A stretch of 64,000 nt of DNA from Bacteroidia bacterium. Its GTDB lineage: Bacteria; Bacteroidota; Bacteroidia; M30B66. The position numbers and the translations under genes are program-made. Under the pieces are notes generated by a model. The model worked only from the letters and a program-made list of their open reading frames with translations, ran no database searches and was not told the DNA's origin. Positions 31,276-45,400 of this stretch are shown piece after piece. The DNA lies in contig OZ257142.1 in the NCBI GenBank assembly GCA_965279035.1, positions 1,984,001 through 2,048,000 of the forward strand. Direction: 5' to 3'. How positions within the stretch are numbered: the first letter of the stretch is position 1; the number at the start of each line of letters is the position of its first letter.

Positions 31276-31983
31276 ATGACAAGCCAAGAAGTAATGCAGC
31301 AGCTCGAATCGATGGGGACTGCGCAAATCAAAAACATCCATATCAATCATGGTGCTCCGGCCGATAAAATGTTTGGGGTGAAAGTAAGTGATATGAAAAA
31401 GCTACTGAAACCTCTCAAAGGTCAACAGGAAGTGGCAATGGAATTATTCGATACCGGAAATTCTGATGCGATGTATTTAGCAGCGTTGCTGGCTGATGGA
31501 AAGAAAATGAATCGAGAACAATTGCAACATTGGGCTGAACATGCTAGCTGGTATATGATTAGCGAATATTCAGTGCCTTGGGTAACTTCCGAAAGTCCTT
31601 TTGCTGTTGAACTAGCCTTGAAATGGATTGATGACTCGCGTGAAATGGTCGCATCAGCAGGTTGGTCAACGCTTTCTTGTTGGCTATCCATTACTCCAGA
31701 TGATCAAATTGATCGAAGCTTTTTATTAGATTTATTAAATCGGATAGAAAAGGAAATTCCTCAAAAAGCCAATCGTGTTCGTTATACAATGAATGTGTTT
31801 GTAATCAGTGTTGGAGGATACGTTCGTGATTTAAGCAATGAAGCGATGCTGACAGCTAAACGTATAGGGAAAATTGATGTTTATCTAGGAAATACAGCAT
31901 GCAAAGTTCCAGATGCTGTTGAATACATTCAAAAAATGATCAATCACGGACCAGTGAAAAAGAAAAAGACAGCGAAGTGTTAG
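31276..31983 (+). CDS. DNA alkylation repair (AlkD-like HEAT repeat) family protein
   Basis: FGVKVSDMKKL...LFDTGNSDAMYLA...NRVRYTMN...ACKVPDA pattern. Confidence 0.8.
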   Translation: MTSQEVMQQLESMGTAQIKNIHINHGAPADKMFGVKVSDMKKLLKPLKGQQEVAMELFDTGNSDAMYLAALLADGKKMNREQLQHWAEHASWYMISEYSVPWVTSESPFAVELALKWIDDSREMVASAGWSTLSCWLSITPDDQIDRSFLLDLLNRIEKEIPQKANRVRYTMNVFVISVGGYVRDLSNEAMLTAKRIGKIDVYLGNTACKVPDAVEYIQKMINHGPVKKKKTAKC

Positions 31984-31986
31984 AGA

Positions 31987-32334
31987 TTAATTCACTTTAA
32001 TGTAACGAACTCCACTTGGTTGTAAATAGAGTGTATCTCTGCTTGTGCTGAATGTGAAAAACTGATTGTTCTTCCCAAGAATAACTTTATCCTGATACAA
32101 TCGGAAAGGAAGTTTTTCAACGTTTGTCGACTGAGATTGAGACAAGGTCAGAATTTGTTTTGCTTCATCAAATTTGACCAATTTTTCTTGTCCTGAATTA
32201 TCGTCTGCACGATAAGTTTTACCTTTTATATTTGAAAATGATACTGGAGCAGGAATCGAAGATTGTGCGTTTGCTTGAACAGTAGCTAACATTGAAAATG
32301 AAAACGCAACAACAGAGACGAGAAGAAAGCGCAT
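31987..32334 (-). CDS. Secreted hypothetical protein
   Basis: 115 aa with signal peptide ANA-Q. Confidence 0.7.
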   Translation of the reverse strand: MRFLLVSVVAFSFSMLATVQANAQSSIPAPVSFSNIKGKTYRADDNSGQEKLVKFDEAKQILTLSQSQSTNVEKLPFRLYQDKVILGKNNQFFTFSTSRDTLYLQPSGVRYIKVN

Positions 32335-32388
32335 AGGTTGAAATTTGATTGATTAAAAGTAGCAAAAAATCCGTACAGAAAAATTTCT

Positions 32389-35300
32389 TTAGTTCAAACG
32401 ATAACGATCGCCAACTAATTTCCCCAATTCATTTAGAAAATCTTGATTAGAATCTACTTTCAAAGCAGAAGCAATGGTTTGAAATGATTGTGTTGTATCG
32501 TCTGCCGAAAAGAGAAGTTTCAAGGTACATTTCCCAGGATGGCGTAAGAGTACATCAACCAAATTGCTCACAAATACCTCCGACAATTCTTTTTCCAATA
32601 ATTGAATTGATATTTGAGTGTATTTATCTTTCAAATCGGCCAAAACGCCCATGGATTGAATATCCACTTCCAGACCTTCGGGATTTCGAAAGCCTTTTAC
32701 TGCTTTCCAATTGAGGTAAATAATATTTCCTGTTTCTAGGTAATGTTTCAATTTAAGGTAACGATCAGAAAACAATACAAAATCGCGTGAGCCTGAAAAA
32801 TCTTCGATAATAAAACTTCCAAAAGGCTTTCCTGTCTTGGTAAATCGATGACTTACCGAAGTGATTATCCCACCACTTTTATTATCATTCTTGGAAGCGA
32901 ATTTTTTTAAATCTTCCATTTCAAGCAATGGAACGAAATTGAAATTTTTCATCTCCAAACGGTAATCATCTAAGGGATGCCCAGTCAAATAAATCCCAAC
33001 TACTTCTTTTTCTTTTTCTAGCATTTCCAAAACATGCCAAGGTTCAGCTTTAGGAATACTCGGTTCTGGAATGGAAATTTCGTCAGAAGAATCCCCAAAT
33101 AAACTCGTTGCCGCATGGTCTTTTCCCTCTTGAACGCTTTGTCCAAACCGAACGATCGTATCAAGAAACGTTGGTTTTCCTGGACTTTCTGAATAGAAAA
33201 ATACAGATCGATTCGAATCAATGAACTCATCAAATGCACCTGCAATGGCCATTCCTTCGAGTGTTTTTTTATTCACCGCTCTTAGGCTTACTCTTTTTAC
33301 AAAATCGAAAATGGAAGTATAATGTCCATTCTTCGTTCGTTCGGTAATTAAACTTTCAACTGCAGCTTCTCCAACACCTTTTACAGCTGCTAATCCAAAA
33401 CGAATTTGTCCTTTCTGATTTACCGAAAATTTGAGTTTCGATTCATTCACATCAGGCCCCAAAACCTTCAATCCCATGCGTTTACATTCTTCCATGAAGA
33501 ACGAAATCTTGTCCATCGAACTGAGATTGTTGGTTAAGTTCGCCGCCATAAATTCGGCAGGGTAGTGGGCTTTTAAATACGCAGTTTGAAACGCTACAAA
33601 TGCATAACATGTCGAGTGCGATTTATTGAATGCATAGGCTGCAAATGCTTCCCAATCGGTCCAGATTTTTTCGAGCCTGCTTGGATCTAATCCTTTTTCA
33701 TTGGCACCTGAAATGAATTTAGGTTTTAATTCATCGAGTGTTTTTCGATCCTTTTTCCCCATGGCTTTCCGAAGCTTATCGGCCATGCCTTTTGTAAAAC
33801 CTGCCAGCTTTTGCGAAAGCAACATCACCTGTTCCTGATATACAGTAATACCGTATGTTTCCTTGAGATATTCTTCCATTTCAGGTACATCATAACTCAC
33901 GGCTTCTGTTCCATGTTTTCGTTTGATGTAATTGGGAATGTATTCGATTGGTCCCGGACGATACAAAGCATTCATCGCAATTAAATCCTCGAATTTATCA
34001 GGTTTCAAATCGCGAAGATGTTTTTTCATTCCATCAGATTCAAACTGGAAAGTCCCATTAGTCTCGCCTTTTTGATACAATTCATACGTTTTCAAATCAT
34101 CGAGTGGAATGGAATCAATCTCTATTTCAATACCATGATTTTCTTTAATTAACTGAAGTGCATCACGAATAATGGTCAAGGTTTTTAAACCCAAAAAGTC
34201 CATTTTGATAACACCAGCATCTTCAATCACCGATCCTTCATATTGTGTAACCAATAATTCTGAATCTTTCGCAACGGCAACGGGAATAAGGTTTGTAAGA
34301 TCTTCAGGTGCGATAATGATTCCCGCAGCATGAACACCCGTGTTTCGAACTGAGCCTTCCAAAATCAAGGCTTCGTGCAAAACTTGACTCGAAAGACTGC
34401 TTTTATCAGCATAAATCTCACGTAGTTTTTTTACGTTTTCAAGATCATCACCTCCCAATCCTTCTTTCTCTTTCAATCCGCCAGCACCGTCAATTTGCGC
34501 CTTAATAACCCGATTGAGTTTGATGCCCGGTTTATCAGGAACCAATTTGGCCAAACCATTTGAATCGGGTAGGGGAAGGTCCAATACACGCGCAACATCC
34601 TTAATGCTCATTTTGGCAGCCATGGAGCCATACGTGATAATTTGAGCAACTTGGTTCTTGCCATATTTCTGAACCACATAATCGATCACTTTCTGACGAC
34701 CTTCATCATCAAAATCCGTATCAATATCGGGCATTGACGCACGTTCTGGATTTAAGAAACGCTCAAATAGTAAATCGTATTTGATCGGGTCGATATTGGT
34801 AATTCCTATGCAATATGCTACTGCCGAACCTGCTGCTGAACCACGACCAGGTCCTATGAAAACGCCCAAATCTCGTCCAGCTTTGATGAAATCGGAAACG
34901 ATAAGAAAATACCCAGCAAAGCCCATTCTTTCAATAACTCCCAACTCAAAATTGAGCCGCTCCTCCACATGTCCTTCGATTGTTCCATAACGTTTTTGAG
35001 CACCTTCCATCGTTAAATGGCGCAGGTAAACCATTTCCGTAGGATATTCTTTTGGAAATGGAAAGTTTGGAAGAAGGATATCGCGTTTAAGACTAAGTAA
35101 ATCAACCTTATCGACTATTTCGTTTGTATTATCGATAGCTGCTGGTAAGTCGATGAACAGTTTGTTCATTTCCGACTGTTTCTTAAAATAAAATTGGTCG
35201 TTATAAAAAGCGAAACGCTTCCCCTTCGTTGAACTGTCATCATCACCAAAATCTTTATTCGTAGGCGTCGATTTTTTCTCTCCGGTATTGATGCAGAGTA

Positions 35301-35985
35301 AAATATCATGCGCATTTGAATCTTCGCGTTCTACATAATGAGAATCGTTCGAAGCAATGGTTTTAACATTGTATTTTGAAGCAAGTCGAATAAGCACTTC
35401 ATTCACTTGCTCTTGTTCAGGAATGGCGTGTCGTTGAAATTCAACATAATAATCTTCACCAAACAAATCTAACCACCAGCGAAAAGCTGCTTCACCCGCT
35501 TCTTCTCCTTTTTTGAGAATAGTACGTGGAACTTCGGCCCCTAAACAACAGGTTGTTGCAATTAATCCTTCGTGATATTGAAGAATAAGTTCTTTATCAA
35601 TTCGTGGATATTTTCCATATAAACCTTCGAGATACCCTAATGAACAAAGCTTTACTAAATTCTTATAGCCTTGCGCATTTTTAGCGAGTAGTAATTGATG
35701 AAATCGCACGTCTTTATCATCCCGCGAAAAGGCTCTTTTATGACGATCTTCAACAAGATAAAATTCACATCCAATGATTGGTTTAACTTTCAGAGAGCCA
35801 TCATCATTTTTGTTTTTGTAGGCTTCTGCAACAAACGAAAATGCACCAAACATATTCCCATGATCAGTAATGGCCATTGCTGGCATTTTATCTTCTATGG
35901 CTTTGGCATACAGCTTTTTAATGTCGGCTGCACCATCCAATAAGGAATACTGAGTATGAACGTGAAGATGGGAAAATGAAGGCAT
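32389..35985 (-). CDS. dnaE: DNA polymerase III alpha subunit
   Basis: HLHVHTQYSLLDGA PHP domain, GPGRGSAAGS, MPDIDTDF, KMDFLGL, YAFNKSH; ATG 35985 preferred; no intein seen. Confidence 0.98.
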   Translation of the reverse strand: MPSFSHLHVHTQYSLLDGAADIKKLYAKAIEDKMPAMAITDHGNMFGAFSFVAEAYKNKNDDGSLKVKPIIGCEFYLVEDRHKRAFSRDDKDVRFHQLLLAKNAQGYKNLVKLCSLGYLEGLYGKYPRIDKELILQYHEGLIATTCCLGAEVPRTILKKGEEAGEAAFRWWLDLFGEDYYVEFQRHAIPEQEQVNEVLIRLASKYNVKTIASNDSHYVEREDSNAHDILLCINTGEKKSTPTNKDFGDDDSSTKGKRFAFYNDQFYFKKQSEMNKLFIDLPAAIDNTNEIVDKVDLLSLKRDILLPNFPFPKEYPTEMVYLRHLTMEGAQKRYGTIEGHVEERLNFELGVIERMGFAGYFLIVSDFIKAGRDLGVFIGPGRGSAAGSAVAYCIGITNIDPIKYDLLFERFLNPERASMPDIDTDFDDEGRQKVIDYVVQKYGKNQVAQIITYGSMAAKMSIKDVARVLDLPLPDSNGLAKLVPDKPGIKLNRVIKAQIDGAGGLKEKEGLGGDDLENVKKLREIYADKSSLSSQVLHEALILEGSVRNTGVHAAGIIIAPEDLTNLIPVAVAKDSELLVTQYEGSVIEDAGVIKMDFLGLKTLTIIRDALQLIKENHGIEIEIDSIPLDDLKTYELYQKGETNGTFQFESDGMKKHLRDLKPDKFEDLIAMNALYRPGPIEYIPNYIKRKHGTEAVSYDVPEMEEYLKETYGITVYQEQVMLLSQKLAGFTKGMADKLRKAMGKKDRKTLDELKPKFISGANEKGLDPSRLEKIWTDWEAFAAYAFNKSHSTCYAFVAFQTAYLKAHYPAEFMAANLTNNLSSMDKISFFMEECKRMGLKVLGPDVNESKLKFSVNQKGQIRFGLAAVKGVGEAAVESLITERTKNGHYTSIFDFVKRVSLRAVNKKTLEGMAIAGAFDEFIDSNRSVFFYSESPGKPTFLDTIVRFGQSVQEGKDHAATSLFGDSSDEISIPEPSIPKAEPWHVLEMLEKEKEVVGIYLTGHPLDDYRLEMKNFNFVPLLEMEDLKKFASKNDNKSGGIITSVSHRFTKTGKPFGSFIIEDFSGSRDFVLFSDRYLKLKHYLETGNIIYLNWKAVKGFRNPEGLEVDIQSMGVLADLKDKYTQISIQLLEKELSEVFVSNLVDVLLRHPGKCTLKLLFSADDTTQSFQTIASALKVDSNQDFLNELGKLVGDRYRLN

Positions 35986-36364
35986 GCGCAAATATGAGAA
36001 GGAGTATTGAAGGATGGAAGCTAAGAATATGAACAATCGCTGTTAAGAATAAACAAGACAAACTCAACAACAGATGTAGAATACAAACTAGAATCTATTA
36101 TTTAATTAATTATAAATAATGTATTGAAAAACAATGTATTATAATTAAAATCATTTAATATCTAATATTATACATTGAAAATAAACATATTGACAATCAA
36201 TGTATTACTTCATAGAATTCTATATTAAACTTACTCTCAAATGATTTTGAGCATCAAACCGGAACATTTTTGCAAAATGCTGAACATCAGTTTGTTCTTA
36301 TTGTTATTTATAGAATATGTATAAGGTGTTTGGTTGATTGATAGGCATTGCCAAATAGGAATGT

Positions 36365-36372
36365 TAAATTTG
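36365..36372 (+). promoter_or_regulatory. Bacteroidetes -7 promoter element for the giant gene
   Basis: TAAATTTG matches TAnnTTTG, about 85 nt before ATG 36458. Confidence 0.45.
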
Positions 36373-36457
36373 TGTTTACTCGTGTTTTTGGGTTTCGATC
36401 GTTCAACCAATCGTGTCAAAAACACACTAAATACGCTCGCTAACACTACAACTGCTT

Positions 36458-39400
36458 ATGCTGAATCGTTTACGCACGCTGGTTTTCTTTTTTTCAATTT
36501 TTCTATTTGCTGGAATTTCAAATGCACAAACTACCTATTCTTGGACAGGTGCTATTGATAATCAGTGGACAACTGCAGGAAATTGGTCGCCTTCTCGATC
36601 GAGCATTTTACCTTCAGACATCATTCAGTTTAATGGGGGAGGTTCAGTTACTGTAACCAATATTCCTAGCCAAACTATCCGAAAACTGTTAGTTAATTCG
36701 AGCAGTACAGTGAGTTTGCAAGCTGCAACGGGAACGTCCACACTCACGATTAACGGTCCAGCATCGGGAAATAATGTACAGGTAGCTTCTGGCTCTTCGC
36801 TTCAAATTGGGACTGGAACCAATACGCTCATTCTCACTTACGGAACAACAGCTAATCAGCAATTGGATGTAAGTGGAACACTCATTCTAGGCAACGGTGG
36901 AACATTGAGTAGTACGATTGCTAGTTCTGTTTGGAATGTTTCAGGAACCTTGCAAGTCAATACGGGAGGAATTTTTAATGCGAACAATACGCTAAGTTCT
37001 GTAAATGGAACATTGGTGAATTCGGGCGGAACGTTTACTGTCACATCAACCAATACAACACTTGCTTCAGGTGGAACTTTTGATCATGCAATCAATGGAG
37101 GAACTGTCCCCATTTTAAACTGGAATTCAAATTCAACATTGCTTATTTCTGGGACAACGACTACTGCACCTGCTGGACTTGCTTCTCAAACTTTTGGACA
37201 CCTCAATTGGAATGCTTCTTCGCAAACTGCTTCATTGAGTATGGGCATGAATGGCGGTATTTTCAATGGGAATGTAACAATAACAACTACGGGTTCTGGG
37301 AATATTGCTTTTCATTCTGGAACGGGTTCAATCTTATTTCTTAATGGAGATTTGATTGTGAATGGTGGCGTGTTGAATTTGAACAATGCAGGAGCTACAA
37401 TCACGACCTTGAATCTTGCAGGAAATCTTATTCAAACGGGTGGGACCTTTCAACGCGGTGCTTCATCAGGAATTCAAGTAATCAATTTCACCAATTCATC
37501 TCTCAATAAAAACATCAATTTATCAGCAGGAACCTATGTTTCCAACGGTATTGCCTATACAGTAAATCTCAATGCGATTGTGACATTGCAATCGGATCTA
37601 GTGGTTAATCAATCCTTTACAAATAATGGAACCTTGAACACCGGAACGAGCTTAATGACTGGCTCGGGAACTTTTACTTTAGCCAATGCATCAACAGCAA
37701 CACTATCAGTTGGTGATCCTGCAGGATTAACGCTTACCGGAAATACAACAGCTGGAAATATCCGTGTTTCAGGTACAAAAACGTACAACACTTCTGCAAA
37801 TATCATCTACAATGGAACGTCTGCCCAAGTTACAGGAACTGGTTTGGCTTCAACGTATGGAACAGCCAACACACAAATAACCATTAACAATGCGGCCGGT
37901 GTTACATTAAGTCAAGCTTTGAGTTTTAACAATAACGCCAATAGCGGAATTACCTTGAGTTCAGGGATTTTGTATTTAGATGCTTTTACTCTTACTCTAC
38001 CAACCTCTACCAACATTTTAGGAACATTCTCAGCTTCTGCTATGATTGTTACCAATGGTGTTGGTCAATTAGTGCGAGGATTCCCGGCAAGTCCAGCTGC
38101 ATTTACTTTTCCAGTTGGCGATGCAAGTGGAACAGTGGAATATTCTCCTATAACGTTTAATTTTTCCTCCAATAACACAGGTTCCAATATTGGTATTCGT
38201 GTAACAGATGCGGCACAACCCAATGGCATATCGGCCGATTATTTAACGCGCTATTGGTCGGTTAGTTCTTCCTCTATTCCTACGGTTTATACCCTTTTAA
38301 CAACTGCTCAATTTGTTGCGGCTGATGTTGTTGGTACTATTGGAAATTTACGTTTTAACCAATTTGTTCCAGCAACGCAAGTTTGGTCGGAATACTCCAC
38401 CACACTCAGTTCTCCACTAATTTCTTCCAATCAAACACAAGCTAATACTTCCATTTCTTCGGCATACGACATTACTGGACGCGATGATTCACCCTTGTAT
38501 TACAGAACTGTTGGGACAGGAAACTGGAATGATGCATCTATTTGGGAAGTATCAACCGATCCTACATTTACTTCACCTGTAGGAGTTCCAGCTGCAGCAT
38601 TTCCAACCAATTTGAATTCATTAGGAATTCAGGTTCAAACCGGACATACTGCTACAATTACAGCAAATCTTTCCATTGATGATGCAATTATTGACGGAAC
38701 TGTTAATCTCCTTTCGGGCATTACGTTAACTATAGCTAATGGAACAGCTGCAAACGATTTAACAATCAATGGAACATTGAGCAATGATGGTATTTTCACT
38801 ATAACAGCACCAGCCATTGTTCAAGTAAACGGCAGTTTTAGCAATACCACGAATTCGGGCGCATACACATCAACAGCAGCCACTTTATTCTTCAATGCTG
38901 GTTCGTTTTTTAATCATCAACGCAATGCGGGAACTATTCCAACTGCCGCTTGGAATGCAACCTCAACATTGAATATTACAGGTATTACCACGACTTTGCC
39001 TGCTGCATTAACGCAAACATTTGGACATGTAACTTGGAATTGTTCAAGTCAATCGGCAACTGTTAGTTTAACCCAAACACTTACAACAGTCAATGGAAAT
39101 TTATCCATTTTAGGAACCAATAGTCAAACGCTTGCACTTGGTTCCACTGGTGCTTTAACAATCAATGTCTTAGGCGATTTGATTGTATCAGGTTCGAGTA
39201 TTTTGAATTTGAATTCTGGGGCATTTACCACCACCTTGAATTTAAGTGGAAATTACAATCAAACTGCTGGTACTGTTACTTCATCGGCTACAAACCAAGC
39301 AATCAATTTTGCAGGAACAAATCCAAGTCGAAGCTTTACCCAATCAGGTGGAACCTTAACGGGAACAAGCTTCACTTATACTGTAAATCTTGCTGCATTT

Positions 39401-42400
39401 TTAACCTTGAACAACAACATAGCCGTTGCTACTGGTAAGACGTTTACAGTAAATGGTACATTGTATTGTGGTTCAAGTTTGATTACTGGTGCAGGGACAT
39501 TTACACTAACAAGTGCTACAACAGCAACGCTAGGAATCAATGATGCAAACGGAATTGTATTATTAGCTGGTGGTGCTTTTGGAAATATTCAAACCACAAC
39601 GGCTCGTAACTACGGTGCATTAGCAAATTACCAATATGGCTCTATAAGCACTATCACTGGAACAGGTCTTACAGCAGCTAGTAGTGTTTCTTTTACTAAT
39701 AGCAGCTTAAGTTTATCTGCTACAGTTACATTAAATGGAGCTGCAAATGCTTTATCATTAAGCAATAGTTTGGTACGATTGGGGAATTTTGATATAGTGA
39801 TGAATTCAACCTTATCAACTATCGGTGGAGCGGCAAATTCTGTTTCCAATATGATAGTCACCAATGGAACAGGTTCCTTAAAACGTTTTTTCCCTACAGG
39901 TGTTTCCACTTTTACTTTCCCTATTGGAGATGAAACTGGAACAAGCGAATACACTCCAGTTACCTATGCCTTTACTGCTTTAGGAACATCTACCTCATTT
40001 GGTGTTCGTACAGTTGATGCCGTTCATCCGAGCGACATTCCATTAGGTGTTGATTATTTAACACGCTACTGGCCATCAACCTGTAATGCAGTGCCGGGTT
40101 CTTACACATTAACTGCTTCGTATACTTATGTACCAGTTGATGTTGTTGGGACAGAAGGTAATTTGAAAGTCAACCAATTTTACAGCACAACAGGAATTTT
40201 TACTGAATTCGCTTCTACTGTGAGTTCTCCTGTAGTTTCTGCAAATGTGACGAATGCCTCTGTGTTTTTCCAAACGGTATTTGATGCAACGGGTAGGAAC
40301 AATCAGCCTTTGTATTATCGCAGTACAGGAAATGGAAACTGGAATACGTTAAGCACTTGGGAAGTTTCAACCGATCCAACATTTGTTTCACCTGCTCCAT
40401 CTGCAGCGCTTTTCATTCCGAATCAAAACAACTCTGCAGGAATACTAGTTCGATCGGGACATACGGTTACAGTAAATGCGGTACAAACAGCAGATGACTT
40501 AACTGTTGATGGACAATTGACGGTAAATTCAACCATCACCCTTACAATAAATAACGGAACCGCAGCCAATGATATGGTAGTGAGTGTTGGAGGTGTTTTA
40601 CAGATGGATGGAATTTTCACCATTACGGCACCAGCTGTAGTTCAAGTAAATGGATCGCTGAATTCCTCTAATACAACAGGAGCGTTTACTTCAACCGCAG
40701 CGACTTTATTCTTTAATGCAGGATCTTTTTACAATCACAACCGAACTGCTGGAGTTGTTCCAACAGCAGCTTGGAATACAACTTCAACTTGCAATATCAC
40801 TGGTGTAACAACAACAGTCCCAACAGGCTTGTCTCAAACTTTTGGAAACTTCACTTGGAATTGTGCCGGACAAACAGCTACAATCAGTTTAGTTCAAACA
40901 CTCACAACAGTTAACGGAAATTTAAGTATCACCAATTCCAACAACCAGATTCTTGCTTTAGCATCAACTGGCGCTCTAACGATTAATGTATTGGGCGATT
41001 TGAATGTTTCTGGCTCGAGTATTTTGAATTTGAATTCTGGTGCATTTACAACCACCTTTAATTTAAGTGGAAACTACAATCAAACAGCAGGAACTGTAAC
41101 ATCTTCAGCGACTAATCAAGCGTTTAATTTTGCAGGTACAATTCCTACAAGAACATATACTCAGTCTGGAGGAACACTTACCAACACAAGCTTTACTTAT
41201 ACAATCAATGCGGGGGCATTTGTCACCTTAAATAATGGAATCGTTGTCGCTACTGGAAAAGTATTTACTGTTAATGGTGCTTTGTTTTGTGGAACGAATC
41301 TCTTAACAGGTGCAGGTACATTCACTTTAACAAGTGTGTCAACAGCTACCATAGGAAGTGGTGATATCGACGGATTGGTTTTAGTAGCAGGTGGTTCAAT
41401 CGGTAACATCCGAACAACTATTCGGAATTACGGTGCTGCAGCAAATTATATTTATAATGGCTCATCGGCCCAAACAACTGGAACAGGTTTCACTTCAGGA
41501 ACCAATCTCACCATTAACAATGCAAGTGGAGTAACATTGACTTCTTCCGCTACAGTTTCGGGAATTCTCACTTTGCAATCGGGTGTTTTCAGTTTAGGTG
41601 CTGGCGCGAATAATCTTAGCATTACGAATACCACTAATGCTGCTATAGCTGGAAGCTATTCTGCATCCAGTATGTTGGTAACACCAGGAACAGGAAGCAT
41701 TGTTAAATCGTTTGCAATAGGAGCAAATCCAACACTCACTTTTCCAATAGGAGATAATACTGGAACGGTTGAATACACTCCACTTTATTTCGGATTACTA
41801 TCGAATAGTGCTGCTGGAACCTTAAGTGTTCGCTTAGTGAATGCTGTTCATCCAAACAATGGTGCAGCTGCCGATTATCTAAGTCGCTACTATGTTTTTG
41901 GAACTACATTAACAACTTACACCTACACGCTCGCACACGATTTTGCCAATCCTGCCGACATTACAGGTTCAACTGCGAACATGCAACTTTCGCGTTGGAA
42001 CGGAGCTACCTGGACGCCATATACTAGCACGATTAGCGGAAGTTCTGCTACCATAACAGCTACACTTAATAATACAACAGCACCTTTAGCTGCCACCAGT
42101 CAATTTGCAGCACGAACTTCTACAGTTACTTATTATCGCTCAATTGCTTCCGGAAACTGGACTACTGCAACAAATTGGGAAACAGCCAATGATGCTGCCT
42201 TTACAGTTGGATTAGTGAGTCCAGCAGCAGCTGCTCCTACAAATGCAAATAGTGTTCGAGTTACGATTCAAGCAGCTCATACCATAACAGCAACCTCTGC
42301 TGTTACAGCGGTTGATTTGGTAGTAGACGGAACCTTTCAAATGGGCGCTGGAGGAACGATTGCCGCTTCAGGAATTACGTTCAATGCTACAGGTGTGTAC

Positions 42401-45400
42401 GATCATAACCGCGATGGTAGTGTGATTCCAACAGCTACTTGGAATGCTGCTTCATTATGTCAGATTACTGGTGTTACTGCAACAGCACCAACGGGCGTAT
42501 CAGGACAAACATTCGGAAAATTCACATGGAATTCGACAGGACAAACTGCTGCAACATTAGGATTGGCAATTGCTGCAACGACAACGTTTAATGGAGATTT
42601 CACGGTTACATCAACTGGAGCAACATCAACCAATATCATTTCCCTTTCGGCTGCTTCGGTTACTGTGAATATGAATGGGAAATTGATTGTCAATGGTGGA
42701 ACATTCATCCTAAATACAGTATCAATTACAACGTTGAATGTGTTGGGTGATTTGAATGTGAATGGTGGAACGTTCAATCTAACTAACTCAACTGGTGCAC
42801 AGGTAGTCAACTTCAGTGGAAATTATGCTCAAACAGCTGGTTCTTTTACCAATTCTGGAACGGGTATTTCAACAGTGAATTTCTTAGGCTTGAACAAAAC
42901 GTATGTGCAATCGGCTGGATCTGTTACTACAACCAATATCAATTATGTTGTTGGAGCAGTTGCTTCTTTGACAATGAATAATACCTTAACCATAGCAGCA
43001 AGTCGTTCGTTGACAATTACTTTGGGTGGTTCATTGACTTTAGGAAGTGATCAAGTGAATAATGGAACCTTGACCAACAATGGAACACTCATTTGTTCAA
43101 CTTATTTAGTTACTGGAACGGGAGCATTTACACTTGCAGCAGCATCAACAGCCACATTATCAGTAGGTGATCCCGGTGGATTAACTCCTACAGGAAATAC
43201 CACTTCAGGTAATATCCGAGTAAGTGGAACAAAAACCTATAATACTTCGGCAAATATAATTTATGCAGGAACAAGCGCACAGGTAACAGGAACTGGCTTA
43301 GCTCCTACTATTGGTGTAGCTGGAACGTATGTCACAATTAACAATCCGGCAGGTGTTACATTAAGTCAATCTCTAACGTTTAACAATACTGCAACGTGTG
43401 GGATTGTCCTTCAGAATGGATTGTTTTCATTAGGCAATTTCAGCCTAACGCTTCCTACTTTAACTGTTATAAATGGAACGCCTTCGGTTACAAATATGAT
43501 TGTTACCAATGGAACAGGTCAATTGCTACGAGGTATTCCGGCATCGGCAGTTAATGTGCTATTCCCTGTTGGTGAAGTAACAGGAACAACAGAATATTCG
43601 CCAGTTAACTTCAATTTCACGAGCAACAATACTGCAACAACCATTGGAATTCGAGTGGTGGATGCACGTGATCCGAATGATGCTCTATCAACTGATTATT
43701 TAACTCGTTATTGGGTGTTGACGAATACTTCAGTGCCTTCATTATATACTCTCACTACTTCTTTTACATATTTACCTGCGGATGTTGTCAATACTGAATC
43801 GAATCTGCGTGTAAATCAATACAATACAACTACAAGCATTTGGATTGAATATTCAAGTACTGTTGCATCTCCAGTATTAAATACAACCGTTACAAATGCT
43901 AGTAATTTCTTGCCAGCATCAGGAGTAACGGTTGATTTTACTGGAAGAGTTAATGCTCCATTGTATTACCAAAGCACGGGAAGTACAGCTTGGAGTACTT
44001 TATCAACTTGGGAAGTTTCTACCGATCCAACATTTGTATCACCTGCGCCAGTTCCAGCTGTGATGATTCCTTCGGATGTGAATTCTGCTGGAATAACGAT
44101 TAAAGCCGGACATACAGTTAGTGTAACGGCAGCTCAAACGGCAGATGACATAACTGTGAACGGAACGCTCTCCGTGAATGGTGTGACCTTTACAATAGCC
44201 AATGGTGCCGCAGCTAATGATATGGTGGTTAATGGAACTTTAATAAACAATGGTACTAGTTCCGTGATTACTCCAACTGGAATTCTTCTAATTGCAGCAA
44301 CTGGTTCATATCAACATGCGATGAATGCTGGAACAGTTCCAGCAGCTTCTTGGGCAAGTGGATCAAACTGTTTTATTACAGGTGTTACTTTAAATCAACC
44401 AGGTGGTTTAGCTCAAACCTTTCATCATTTTACATGGAATTGTACTGGACAAAGCACAACAGTGAATATGACCTTAATCTCTTCTGTCAATTGGGGAGGT
44501 AACTTTACTATTCTCAGCACAGGAGCAACACCTCAACAACTCAGATTAACGAATTCAGCCATTACGCTTGGAATAGGAGGGAACTTAGATATTCAAGGAG
44601 GTATTTTCGTCACTCAAAATGCCGCTTTGACAAGTATTCTGAATATAACAGGAAACATGTTGGTCAGTGGAACAGCCAACTTCTCCGGTATCACTACGAG
44701 TGGTGGTTTAACAACAATAAATCTTGGTGGAAATTTAGATGTAGCCAATACTGCCACATTTACCAACTTGACTTCAAACACCACAACTGCAGTAACGTTC
44801 AATTTTACTGGAGTTGGAAAATACATGACCGTAGCGAGTGGGATGCCTACTCAAGGTTTTAGCTTTTCGATGGCAACCGTTGGAGCTTCACTCACTGTGA
44901 ATTCACCAGTTGTTGTTGGTTCGAGCAGAACATTTAATATCACTGCTGGATCTGTCATTCTTGGGACAAATCGTATTACTGGAAATGGATCTTTCTCCAT
45001 AGCTGGAACAAACTCCTATTTAAGTCAGAGCGATCCGGATGGATTGGTAGTAGCGATTGCAAGTCCTTTGGGAGCGATTCGAACTTTAACAGCAAGGACC
45101 TATTCAGCAAATGCAAATTACATTTACACAGGTATAACTCAAAACTTAGGAACACCAATCGCTGCGCCTCCATTTGTATGTAATAGTTTAGGAATTGATG
45201 CACCGGGAGGTGTGGTGACCTTAACTCAGAATGTGAATGCTACGACCAATCTTCAATTATCGAATGGTATTTTGGATTTGGCCAATTTCAATTTGGGATT
45301 ATTAAATACATCAAACACATTAGCAGTAACAGGAAATACACCATCCGCGAGCAATATGGTGGTGACTTCAGGAACTGGAAGATTAATTAAAACCTACGCT

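Noticed and set aside
32389-35985. Intein or split in dnaE
   Set aside because: The length is normal (about 1198 aa) and no intein motifs were seen.
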